The position numbers and the translations under genes are program-made. A stretch of 64,000 bases of DNA from Kofleriaceae bacterium (GTDB lineage: Bacteria; Myxococcota_A; Polyangia; Haliangiales; Haliangiaceae): positions 1 to 64,000 of the forward strand of contig CBDCCZ010000060.1 of NCBI GenBank assembly GCA_965215005.1. Reading direction: 5' to 3'. Under the pieces are notes generated by a model that was not told the DNA's origin, ran no database searches, and saw nothing but the letters and a program-made list of their open reading frames with translations. How positions within the stretch are numbered: position 1 is the stretch's first letter; each line of letters begins with the position of its first letter. Of this stretch, positions 1 through 9,839 are shown in pieces.

Positions 1-1377
1 GTAATCGGCCCACTGCAGGTCATCGATGAAGAGCACCATGGGTCGCAGCGCAGCGACCTCGGCGAGGATGGCGCGCAGGGCGGTCATGGTTCGTTGGCGC
101 AGCGTAGGCGGGTCCATGCCGGTGGTATCGAGAGCCTCGCCGACCGCGCGACGCATCACCGGAAAGATGCGCGAGACCAACGAAGCGTCGGCCGGCAAGG
201 CGTGCGCAAACCGTGAGCCGAGTCGAACCAACTCGTGCGTCAAATCGTCGATCAGGCCGTCGAATGCCTTGTACGGTAGGCTTTCGCGTTCGTGGCAGCG
301 GGCACTGAGAATGAGCGGCGGCTGGGTCGATTCGGTCAATGAGGCCAAGAACCGGCGGATGAGGGTGGTCTTGCCCAAACCCGATGCGCCACGCACCAGC
401 GTGAGCACGGCGGGACCGGCAGCCGCTCGTCTGTAGGCGTCGCTAAGCACCTCGAGCTCATCGTTGCGGCCAACGAACGCGGTCGCAGCGCGCTCGGCGA
501 GAGCCGCTTGACCGGCGCCGAGGCACTCGAGGATTTCGCTGGCCAGCGGCCGCTGCGAAGGACGGCGGCTGAGCAGCCGCATGCACAGCGTGTCGAGCTC
601 GGCAGGCACGCCCTCCACGCGCTGCGCTGGACGCAGTGGCTCGCGGCGCTGTTTGGCGTCGAGGATTTGCGCTCGACGTCCCTCATATGGCAACCGTGCC
701 GTGAGCGCCAGATAGAGCAGCACGCCGAGAGCGTAATAGTCGATGGCGGCGGTCGGTGCATCACCCGCGGCTTGCTCAGGCGCCATATAGCTCGGCGTGC
801 CGATCGCGTCGCTGGCCGCAAACGGTCGCGGTCGAGCGGCTTCCGCGATGATCCCAAAGTCGACCAGCACGATACGACCCGCCGGGGTCACGCGCACGTT
901 GCCCGGCTTGAGGTCGCGATGCACGATGCCGGCTGAGTGCAGCGTTGCCAGTGCCTGAGCAAGTTGCGCAAAGCCGCTGCGGAGACGCTCGAGATCCACG
1001 ACCGACTCGATGACAGGTCGTGCGTCATCGGCAGAGGGTTGCCGGCCATTGCGAATCCAGGTGTGGAAGTCGGAGCCTTCGACGAGCTCCATGGTCAGCA
1101 GCCACTCCTGACCATCGGCGATGAGCTCGTGCAGCGCGACGACATTTGGATGGGTGAGCCGCGAGAGCGCGCGGAATTCGCGTTTGAAGCGAAACAACGC
1201 CGCAGGCTCGAGATGGCGGAGCGCTTTCACGGCCACGCGCATGTCGCGCGCGCGGTCGTGCGCCTCATAGACGACGCCCATGCCTCCCTCGCCGAGCTTG
1301 CGGACGATGGTAAAGCGCTCGGAGTCAGCTAACGGCATCGGTTCATCATCTAGCGGGGAGAGCATACCTGCGGGCAT
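1..1377 (-). CDS. Ser/Thr protein kinase fused to AAA/P-loop ATPase domain (partial, runs off window start)
   Basis: Not in ORF track. Manual minus-strand translation gives RFTIVRKLGEGGMGVVYEA, VAVKAL, HRDLKPGNV, DFG and GTPSYMAPEQ, then FVGRNDELEVL and Walker A GASGLGKTT. In-frame ATGs at 1377/1365/1338. Confidence 0.9.
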   Translation of the reverse strand, partial: MPAGMLSPLDDEPMPLADSERFTIVRKLGEGGMGVVYEAHDRARDMRVAVKALRHLEPAALFRFKREFRALSRLTHPNVVALHELIADGQEWLLTMELVEGSDFHTWIRNGRQPSADDARPVIESVVDLERLRSGFAQLAQALATLHSAGIVHRDLKPGNVRVTPAGRIVLVDFGIIAEAARPRPFAASDAIGTPSYMAPEQAAGDAPTAAIDYYALGVLLYLALTARLPYEGRRAQILDAKQRREPLRPAQRVEGVPAELDTLCMRLLSRRPSQRPLASEILECLGAGQAALAERAATAFVGRNDELEVLSDAYRRAAAGPAVLTLVRGASGLGKTTLIRRFLASLTESTQPPLILSARCHERESLPYKAFDGLIDDLTHELVRLGSRFAHALPADASLVSRIFPVMRRAVGEALDTTGMDPPTLRQRTMTALRAILAEVAALRPMVLFIDDLQWADY

Positions 1378-1513
1378 CGGAGCCGGCGAGGACCGCGTCG
1401 CGGCTGCGTCTCTGTGTACCAGCAGCTGTTAGCAGGGGAGCCGGCGAAATGCTTCACCCGCCGGCAGCTCCGCGCCTAGGCTCCGGCTTCGCTCTTGAAG
1501 GGAGTTGCGAATC

Positions 1514-2092
1514 ATGACGCGCTATCTGATGACGATTTTTGCAGCAATTGGTCTGGCTACGGCGATTGGGTGCAGCAGCGACGACGACGATGCCGGCAAC
1601 GAATCGTTGCCGGATGCCGGCGAGGTCAGCTCGCCCGACGGCGGGGAGCCGATCGAGCCTTCTCCTACCGAGGATGCGGGGACGGGCGGCATGGATGACG
1701 CCGACGGCGGCTCGACAGGGGGTGACCCCGGGGTCAATGCTCTTGGCACTCCGTGCACCGGTGATGGCATGCTCGGGCAGGGCAGCTGCCCCGATGGCCA
1801 CCGATGCCTCACGCTGCAGTCGGGCAGTTGGTGCTCAAAAGAGTGTGGTGACTTGATGGATCCCGTCTGCTCGACGGGCTACACGGGCCCCGGCTTCCCC
1901 GCGTGTTTCGTGCAAGTTCAGGATCAGAACCAGGCTCTCTTGCAGGCCTGCGGCGTCATCTGTGGTGAAGAACAGCCGGGTTCCATCTGCCCGCCGGGAG
2001 CGACTTGTGATGGCACCTGTCCCGGCCAAATGACGTGTGAGGCGCCGATTAATAATCAAATGATGCAGAAAGTCGCAACCGCCTGCCAATAG
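1514..2092 (+). CDS. Cys-rich lipoprotein
   Basis: Signal peptide with lipobox (LATAIGC), acidic linker, 14 Cys in the C-terminal part; GAAGGGAG RBS upstream. Confidence 0.8.
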   Translation: MTRYLMTIFAAIGLATAIGCSSDDDDAGNESLPDAGEVSSPDGGEPIEPSPTEDAGTGGMDDADGGSTGGDPGVNALGTPCTGDGMLGQGSCPDGHRCLTLQSGSWCSKECGDLMDPVCSTGYTGPGFPACFVQVQDQNQALLQACGVICGEEQPGSICPPGATCDGTCPGQMTCEAPINNQMMQKVATACQ

Positions 2093-2141
2093 CAGCAACG
2101 GCTGCTAATAGCAGCAACCGTCGTCCATAGCAGCTGCTGCA

Positions 2142-2180
2142 GCTTCTCGCCCGCCCCGGTTGGCGGATGGGCGAGAAGCG
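2142..2180. terminator. Hairpin between convergent genes (possible terminator)
   Basis: GCTTCTCGCCC...GGGCGAGAAGC inverted repeat between the stops at 2092 and 2266; no clear U-tract. Confidence 0.35.
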
Positions 2181-2265
2181 CTACAAAAGGCCGCTGCTTG
2201 CGGCGCAATGTCCTCGCTTGCTTGTAGCAATGCGCGAGGATCTCGCTACCTGTGGGCTGCTATGA

Positions 2266-2664
2266 CTACGGAGCCTGACTCGAGCCGATGGTGCAGCTCA
2301 CGAAGTTGCAACTGTTGTAGTGATAGCCAGTCCCGCCGCAGTCCCACTTGTCACAGATAGCAACCTCTTGGCCGAAGCACAGGTCGCCGTTGAACGTGCA
2401 GACGTACTTGCAGTTGCTAGAGCTCTTCTTTATGTATTCTCGGCCCTTGTAACAGCACGCATTGCGCGGGTTGCATGACGGGTCGCCGAGGTCGGCTTTG
2501 GGATCGGCAACCGGTCCCTCGACCTCGACCTCATCGCTAGAGAAGATTTCGCTATCGCCGGGCGGGAGACCATCGTCAGGACGAAGCTCGTCTTCGCCCT
2601 CCATGACGCACGCTGGTACCGCGGCAAATAGAGCGAACAGGCATAGCAATAGTAGTTTGCGCAT
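2266..2664 (-). CDS. Small Cys-rich lipoprotein
   Basis: MRKLLLLCLFALFAAVPAC signal/lipobox, acidic spacer, 10-Cys C-terminal domain; AGGAG RBS. Confidence 0.8.
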   Translation of the reverse strand: MRKLLLLCLFALFAAVPACVMEGEDELRPDDGLPPGDSEIFSSDEVEVEGPVADPKADLGDPSCNPRNACCYKGREYIKKSSSNCKYVCTFNGDLCFGQEVAICDKWDCGGTGYHYNSCNFVSCTIGSSQAP

Positions 2665-2724
2665 CGAGGTTACTCCTGTGAAGGTTGTTGGTCGTACGGT
2701 GGGCGCCGTACGGCAGCTCCTTAG

Positions 2725-2740
2725 AGCAGCTTCCATGCCG
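2725..2740 (-). promoter_or_regulatory. Putative sigma54 -24/-12 promoter for the 2266-2664 gene
   Basis: CGGCATGGAAGCTGCT on minus strand (GG-N10-GC). Confidence 0.35.
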
Positions 2741-2962
2741 CCGGATGACTATCCGAAGTGGCCGCTAAGAGCTGCGCATTCACGCAAGACTTCTCTATTG
2801 GGCGGCCTCTGATGACCACTAAGGACCGCTCGATGTCGTGTATGGCTAGTGTGCCTTCCAGCGTCGCAGGTTCGAGTTGAACCTCGTGCACTCGAGCTGT
2901 CAGCCGAAGACCCTGTTGCCCCGACCGTCTCAGTCGTGAGCTCGTTTGCACCTCACGACGCT

Positions 2963-3487
2963 TCAGCCAGAATCGCGGGCGAGGAGCTGCTGGTAGAGGG
3001 CGGTCGCGACGTCGTCGTACGTGCAGAACGTGACGACAGCTGGCCTATCGTGCTCGGCGAGAAAGGCCGCGGTGGTCGACACCGCGATCTCCGCCGCCAG
3101 CGCCGGCGGATAGCCATAGATGCCGGTGCTTATCGCAGGAAACGCAATCGTCTCGAATCCATGGCCAGCGGCAAGCTTTAGGCTATTGCGATAGCAGGCC
3201 GCCAGTAGCGCGGGCTCACCATGCGTTCCGCCGCGCCACACCGGGCCAACGGTATGAATCACGTGTCGCGCTCGCAACTCGTAGCCGCGAGTGAGCTTTG
3301 CCTCGCCGACCTTGCAGCCATTTAGCAGTCGACACTCTTGAACGAGCTCCGGCCCCGCGGCGCGGTGAATCGCTCCATCGACTCCGCCGCCACCGAGGAG
3401 CGAGGAGTTTGCGGCATTGACGATCGCATCAACTTGTAACGCGACGATGTTTCCTTGCCATACGGCGAGGCGCTCTCTCGGGACCAT
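2963..3487 (-). CDS. ymdB: Macrodomain O-acetyl-ADP-ribose deacetylase (YmdB-like)
   Basis: [26 protein letters not shown] and [13 protein letters not shown] motifs; GGAGG RBS before ATG 3487. Confidence 0.93.
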   Translation of the reverse strand: MVPRERLAVWQGNIVALQVDAIVNAANSSLLGGGGVDGAIHRAAGPELVQECRLLNGCKVGEAKLTRGYELRARHVIHTVGPVWRGGTHGEPALLAACYRNSLKLAAGHGFETIAFPAISTGIYGYPPALAAEIAVSTTAAFLAEHDRPAVVTFCTYDDVATALYQQLLARDSG

Positions 3488-3840
3488 CGGTTCCTCCGGT
3501 TCGAGCCGGCAACGGCTCTTCGACCGCACTGTCATGCATGCAGCGCGCTTGGTCTAGCTTCCGTCTGCCTGGTTCAATGAAAGGTGAGCACCGAGAGTGT
3601 TCGCGGCGGGTAAAACTTCCCGGGCATTTGGCCCCGCGGACATTCGGCTGGCCAGCATCCGGCACCGTGCTTTCGACGCTCGGGCCGAGGTGGCGCGTGG
3701 GTCGGGATGGCGACCACGCCGGCGCGAGCGGCGCGGTACAGCCTTGAGAGTCTCCGATTTCCGGACGGGGTGTTCGAAGCTCGTATGGGTGCGTTAGCCC
3801 CAAAACGGCGGCAGCGGGCGAGAACGCCGTGGTGCGCGGG

Positions 3841-3856
3841 TGGCACAGCATGTGCC
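3841..3856 (+). promoter_or_regulatory. Putative sigma54 -24/-12 promoter
   Basis: TGGCACAGCATGTGCC; the C of the GC dinucleotide lies 14 nt before ATG 3869. Confidence 0.45.
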
Positions 3857-3868
3857 TGGGAGTAGGGC

Positions 3869-4642
3869 ATGCACGCAGAAGGACAGGCGCTTTACGTCTC
3901 CGAGAATGGAGTCGAGGGTTCGCTGGCCGACGCGCCCCTCGATGAGCTGCTCGCGAGGTGCCGGCAGGTCGCGCTCACTGGCTTCATTCGAGTGTACGCC
4001 GTCGGCGAGGTCGGGGTGGCCGAGCTGCGCGCTGGAGTCCTCACCGACGCCGACTTCCTCGGCTTTCGCGGCGAGGCAGCGCTGCTGCGCATGCGGGCCC
4101 TGCGCAACGGTGGCTACGATATCGTGCAGCGGCTCCCCGAGCTCGACGGAGCGCTCGGAAGCGCCGACGAGTTTCGCGGTGAGGTCGCAGACGTGCCGCT
4201 CGTGGAGGTCATGCGCCACTGCGAAGAGAACGCCTTGTCGTGCACCATCACGGTCATCCACGACTTTGACCGCGGCCAAATCCACTACCGCGGCGGAGAG
4301 CTCGTGGACATCGACTTCAACGGCGAACACGATGAAGGCAAGATCCTCGCGATGGTTCGCTTCCCGGAAGCTCGTTTCCGGGTGAAAGCGACCCCGCTCG
4401 CGCTCATGGTTGACGGCCAACCTCGTGAACCCCGTTCGCCTGCGGAGCCAGAGCTCGAGCCAGAAGAGCTCGGGCCGGAGCCAACGGTGCTCGCGCCACC
4501 GGTGACGGTGCGGCGCCCTGCTCCCAACGTGTACATCGCATTCTTGGACACGGCGGTGGGCAAGCGCTTGCTGGCCAAGGCCGCTCGGGTGCGGGGTCGC
4601 CTGCGTGCGCTGTCGTCTTCCCTGCGCTCTTTAGCGCAATGA
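3869..4642 (+). CDS. DUF4388/PATAN-like tandem domain protein
   Basis: Two repeats of the GSLAD(A/V)PL-E(L/V)...TG/SC-I-V...G-I-(L/Y)R-G pattern typical of DUF4388. Confidence 0.7.
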   Translation: MHAEGQALYVSENGVEGSLADAPLDELLARCRQVALTGFIRVYAVGEVGVAELRAGVLTDADFLGFRGEAALLRMRALRNGGYDIVQRLPELDGALGSADEFRGEVADVPLVEVMRHCEENALSCTITVIHDFDRGQIHYRGGELVDIDFNGEHDEGKILAMVRFPEARFRVKATPLALMVDGQPREPRSPAEPELEPEELGPEPTVLAPPVTVRRPAPNVYIAFLDTAVGKRLLAKAARVRGRLRALSSSLRSLAQ

Positions 4643-4827
4643 AGGAATATCGCTTTAGCCTAACGTGTTCCTAGCCTGAGACGATCCTCCTGGGTGTGGT
4701 GTTGCTCTCGCCACATCCTGGCTCGCCGCGTCGCCACAACCGCGGCGAGCCACGTGTGCAACGCGTGTGTGTGTGGAAGATGCCCGCCGGTAATGGTGCC
4801 GGCGGGCATCCTTCCCGATCTCGAACG

Positions 4828-7052
4828 TTACGCTGTCGCGCGAACGACGCGCTCACCGTGCTCACCGGGAACTGCGCGCTTGGCCTCATCCGCTGCGTAG
4901 AACGAGAGTCTCCGGTCGGCCATGTCCACGAGCACCGGCGCGGGCGCGAATCGCTTGCCAAGCTGCGTCTGCAGGCCGCGCAGTGATTCCACCAGGGCAC
5001 CTATGCCGACCGTATCGGCATAGCGGAACGGGCCGCCGCGGAAGGGTGGGAAGCCGAGCCCAAAGATGGCGCCGATGTCGCCGTCGCGTGCGCTCCGCAG
5101 GATGCCTTCACCGAAGCAGTGCGCTGCTTCATTGACCATCATGAGGGTGCAGCGTCGAGCGATCTCCTCCGCTGGCAACGAGCTGCGTGGATCGAGCTCC
5201 AGCAGCTGGTAGACGCTCTCATCGACGCCTTTCTTGTCACCGTAGAGATAGAAGCCCTTGCCACTTTTACGACCCAATCGCTCATCGGCGATGAGTGCAT
5301 CCATGCCACCAGCGGTCTCGAGGCGGTGGCCGTACGCCTCTAGCACCACTCCGCTGGCTTTTTGCGCGACGTCGATTCCAACTTCGTCGAGCAGCTTCAC
5401 CGGACCCACCGGAAACCCGAAGTCGACGAGCGCGCGGTCGATCTTGTCGATTCGCACGCCCTCCGCGAGAACGTGAAACGCCTCGTTCATGTACGGACCG
5501 AGGATTCTGGACGTGTAGAAGCCCACCCCGTCGCGCACGACGATGACGGTCTTGCCCTGTTTCTTGCCGAGCTCCACGCACGTAGCGGTCACCCAGTCGG
5601 CGGTCTGGTCGGTCTTGATGATCTCCAAGAGCGGCATCTTGTGGACCGGCGAGAAGTAGTGCATGCCGATCACCGTTTCGGGATGCTTAGAAGCCTCGGC
5701 GATGCGCGTGATGGGAATGGTCGAGGTGTTCGACGCAAAGATTACGTCGTCGGGCCCTGCTGCCTCGACCTCGCGCAGGATCTGCTGTTTTAGCTGCAGA
5801 TCCTCGAACACCGCCTCGATAACCACCTGCGCCGACTGCAGGCCGGTGTAGTCGGTGGTCGGCAGGACCGAGCTCATGAGCTCGTCGCGCTCGCGTTTGC
5901 TCATACGACGCCGCTTCACCCGACCGTCGACGATGTCTCGCACGTAGGCGAGCCCGGCCCCCACGCTCTCGCGATCGCGATCCTTTAGACGCACCGGGAT
6001 GCCTGCGTTCGCCGCCGTGACATACGCAATTCCGGCGCCCATCAATCCGGCGCCCATCATGCCCACGCGCTCAACCGCTCGCGGGGCGACCGACGCATCG
6101 TCAACGCCGTTGTCTTTCTTGAGGGCAGTTTGGGCGCGGAAGATGGAAATGAGCTGCTTGGCTTCGTGGCTGACCACGAGCTCACCAAAGAACCGAGCCT
6201 CTGCCTCGTAGCCCTTTTGCTCGTTGCTGGCGCCGATACGCATCGCTTCCAGTGCCTTCTCTGGTGCTGGATAGTTGCCTTTAGTCTTCTTCAAGAGTTG
6301 CTTGCGAGCCTGATCGAAGAGCACCTTTCGGCCCACCGGGTTGTCCTCGAGGACGAGCTCCTGAAAGTCGCCTTTGGAAAACAGATGTCGGAAGGCGCCA
6401 GCGACTCGATCGAGCGGCGTCTCGGCTTTGCTGCTGGGGCGACTAGCCAGAGTAGAAGCGAGCTCGATTGCCGCTTTCTCGAGCAGCGGTGCCGGCACGA
6501 CCTCATCGACGAGGCCGAGTTTCTTGGCTTTCTTCGCCGGCACCTGCTTACCGGTTAGGATCATATCCAGCGCCGCCTGCAACCCGATGAGGCGCGGCAG
6601 CCGCTGCGTACCGCCAGCACCGGGGAGTAGCCCCAGCTGCACCTCGGGAAGCCCGAGCTTGGTCTTGGGATGATCACTTGCAACGCGCGCGTGGCACGCA
6701 AGCGCGAGCTCGAGGCCGCCGCCGAGGCACGAGCCATGAATGGCTGCAACCACCGGCTTCTTGAAGCTGGCGATTAGGCCCATGGCAGTTTGCCCGTTCT
6801 TTGAGGCTTTCTCGCCTGCGGCCGCGTTGTCGAGCTGCTCGAGAAGCTTGATGTCTGCACCGGCGATGAAGTTGTCCTTCTTGGCCGAGATGACGACCAC
6901 GGCTCGCACGCCTTCGTCACCTTCCGCTTGCGCCAAACCGCCCGCAAAGTCATCCGAGAACCGCGGATTGAGAGTGTTGACCGGCTCATCGGGAGCATCA
7001 ATCCGCAGGATGGCGATCTCGCCTCGTTTTTCGAACGTGACAGTCTTGGACA

Positions 7053-7053
<1 letters not shown>
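4828..7053 (-). CDS. fadJ: Fatty acid oxidation complex alpha subunit (enoyl-CoA hydratase/3-hydroxyacyl-CoA dehydrogenase)
   Basis: FIAGADI, CLGGGLELALAC, LPEVQLGLLPGAGGTQRLPRL, GAGLMGAGIA, GMHYFSPV; TGATG overlap with fadI. Confidence 0.95.
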
Positions 7054-8354
<1,301 letters not shown>

Positions 8355-8370
8355 GACTGTCTCCTCGCCA

Positions 8371-8388
8371 ACTGAATGGCTATTCAGT
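8371..8388. promoter_or_regulatory. Palindromic operator upstream of fadIJ (TetR/FadR-type box)
   Basis: ACTGAAT-GGCT-ATTCAGT, perfect 7-bp arms, just upstream of the fadI RBS (GAGGAG). Confidence 0.65.
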
Positions 8389-8471
8389 CAGGAACGCTAG
8401 TGCCTATGACGTGCTGCGTCAAGGGCCGCCGCCTCGTCATGCATGGCTGCCGACAACCCCGGCTCGTGAAG

Positions 8472-9389
8472 CTAATAGCGCTCGCACACGAACTCGTTCT
8501 CGACGCCGCACGGAGCATCGTTCCAGCGACCATCGGCTCCCATCTCTGCACAGTCTTCGGTGCCGTCGTCGTTGGGCTCGCCACCATCCCATCGCGTGAA
8601 GGCGCCGCCTACCGCCTGCCCGCGTGAGCCGCCTTGCCAGAAGATCGTGCCGTCCTCCCATACCCACATGCTCTCGGCGGAAGTGTCACTAGCGCCGATC
8701 CAGATGTCATCGTCGTTGCGGTTGACGTTGTTGGCTGTTTCTCGAATCCACTGGTTCTCTGCTTCGTCGTCGACGCGTGTCATTCTCATGCCCTCTGCGT
8801 TGCAAACTCGCTGCGCGTCGCTCCAAGAGGCGTCTGCTTCGCAAAACAGATACACGCGACCGTCGCGCGTGCGCGGCTCACAGCGGGATACGCATAATTC
8901 GGAGGTGGCCGGGTTGCAGTCGTTGTCGAGGCCATCGCAGAGCTCGCTGCGCCCTGGGTTCACCCATTCGTCGGCGTCATTGCAGTCCCCGCTCATAGCG
9001 ACACGGCCCGGCGGCGCATCGCACGCCTGCACTCCATCGACCTCATTGCCATAGCCATCGCCATCGGTATCGACGTACCATGTTGGCGGCTGCACCACGT
9101 CATCGACGATGCCGTTGCAGTCGTTGTCGATGCCGTCGCAGGTCTCGTCCCCAATGCCGCTTTCTCCTTGGCAGCCACTCCATTGGCCGGAAGGCTCGCA
9201 CCGCCGCACACCTTGCGCGCACTCGGCGCGCATCGAGGCGCAGCTCGAGGTATCGCCCGGGGTGCACGAGGCGCCGTCGGCAGAACCGGTGGCGCTGCTT
9301 GAGGCATCGCTGGCATCATCGCCGGCCGTCGCACATCCAGAGAGCAAGACTGCAAACGCAAGGGCTGTTGCTCGAGTGCCCAGGAGCAT
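8472..9389 (-). CDS. Lipoprotein with myxobacterial Cys/Asp repeats and C-terminal C-type lectin domain
   Basis: Lipobox LLSGC; ExCDG(I/L)DNDC(N) repeats and YVDTDGDGYG; CTL motifs WIG, EPN, EDC, WND, FVCE. Confidence 0.88.
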   Translation of the reverse strand: MLLGTRATALAFAVLLSGCATAGDDASDASSSATGSADGASCTPGDTSSCASMRAECAQGVRRCEPSGQWSGCQGESGIGDETCDGIDNDCNGIVDDVVQPPTWYVDTDGDGYGNEVDGVQACDAPPGRVAMSGDCNDADEWVNPGRSELCDGLDNDCNPATSELCVSRCEPRTRDGRVYLFCEADASWSDAQRVCNAEGMRMTRVDDEAENQWIRETANNVNRNDDDIWIGASDTSAESMWVWEDGTIFWQGGSRGQAVGGAFTRWDGGEPNDDGTEDCAEMGADGRWNDAPCGVENEFVCERY

Positions 9390-9393
9390 CCTG

Positions 9394-9547
9394 CTAGTGT
9401 TTCACGGCGGAAGTCGTGAACCGCTAGAAAAACGACAATCGCTTGGGGAGACGCCGAAGGGGGCGCCTGAGCAGCAGAAATCTGCCGCCCTTGCCCCGCA
9501 TCGGGGCGGCGGATTTCTGCGTCATCAATCCCGCGGCGGCGTACGAG
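9394..9547 (+). repeat. ~150-bp structured intergenic repeat, copy 1
   Basis: Near-identical to 29371-29520 and related to 39598-39749; 5' hairpin plus long 3' stem-loop. Confidence 0.9.
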
Positions 9548-9674
9548 TGGTTCACGGCGTGAGTCGCGATACCACAAAAAACCGCCAGCGCACTTCAACC
9601 TACAAAGTTGCCGCTCGTGTGGCTTTCTGCGCTCGTGTCGCCTTGCAGCGGTCGTCAAGCTTTCAGCGTACTAG
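9544..9674 (+). repeat. Variant repeat module in tandem with copy 1
   Basis: Starts GAGTGGTTCACGGCG and ends CGTACTAG like the main family, but the interior differs. Confidence 0.55.
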
Positions 9675-9839
9675 CCGAAGGATGTCTCAGGTGAGTCCAT
9701 TCCTAATGCCCTGCAGTGAGCCGCCAGCAGCTCGTGCTGCGCGACAGGGCACCGCCTTGCTTCACGTATCCCGAGGCAGGCTGCCCGACTGCGCGTCGGT
9801 CAAAAACTCGGGTGGAGCGCGCGCCGAGGCACCACGTCG

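Noticed and set aside
26..1332. Plus-strand ORFs at the window start
   Set aside because: Antisense shadows of the minus-strand kinase-ATPase gene.
3621..3648. CGGGCATTTGGC/CGGACATTCGGC direct repeat as an enhancer site
   Set aside because: Only two imperfect 12-mers; cannot be separated from chance without comparative data.
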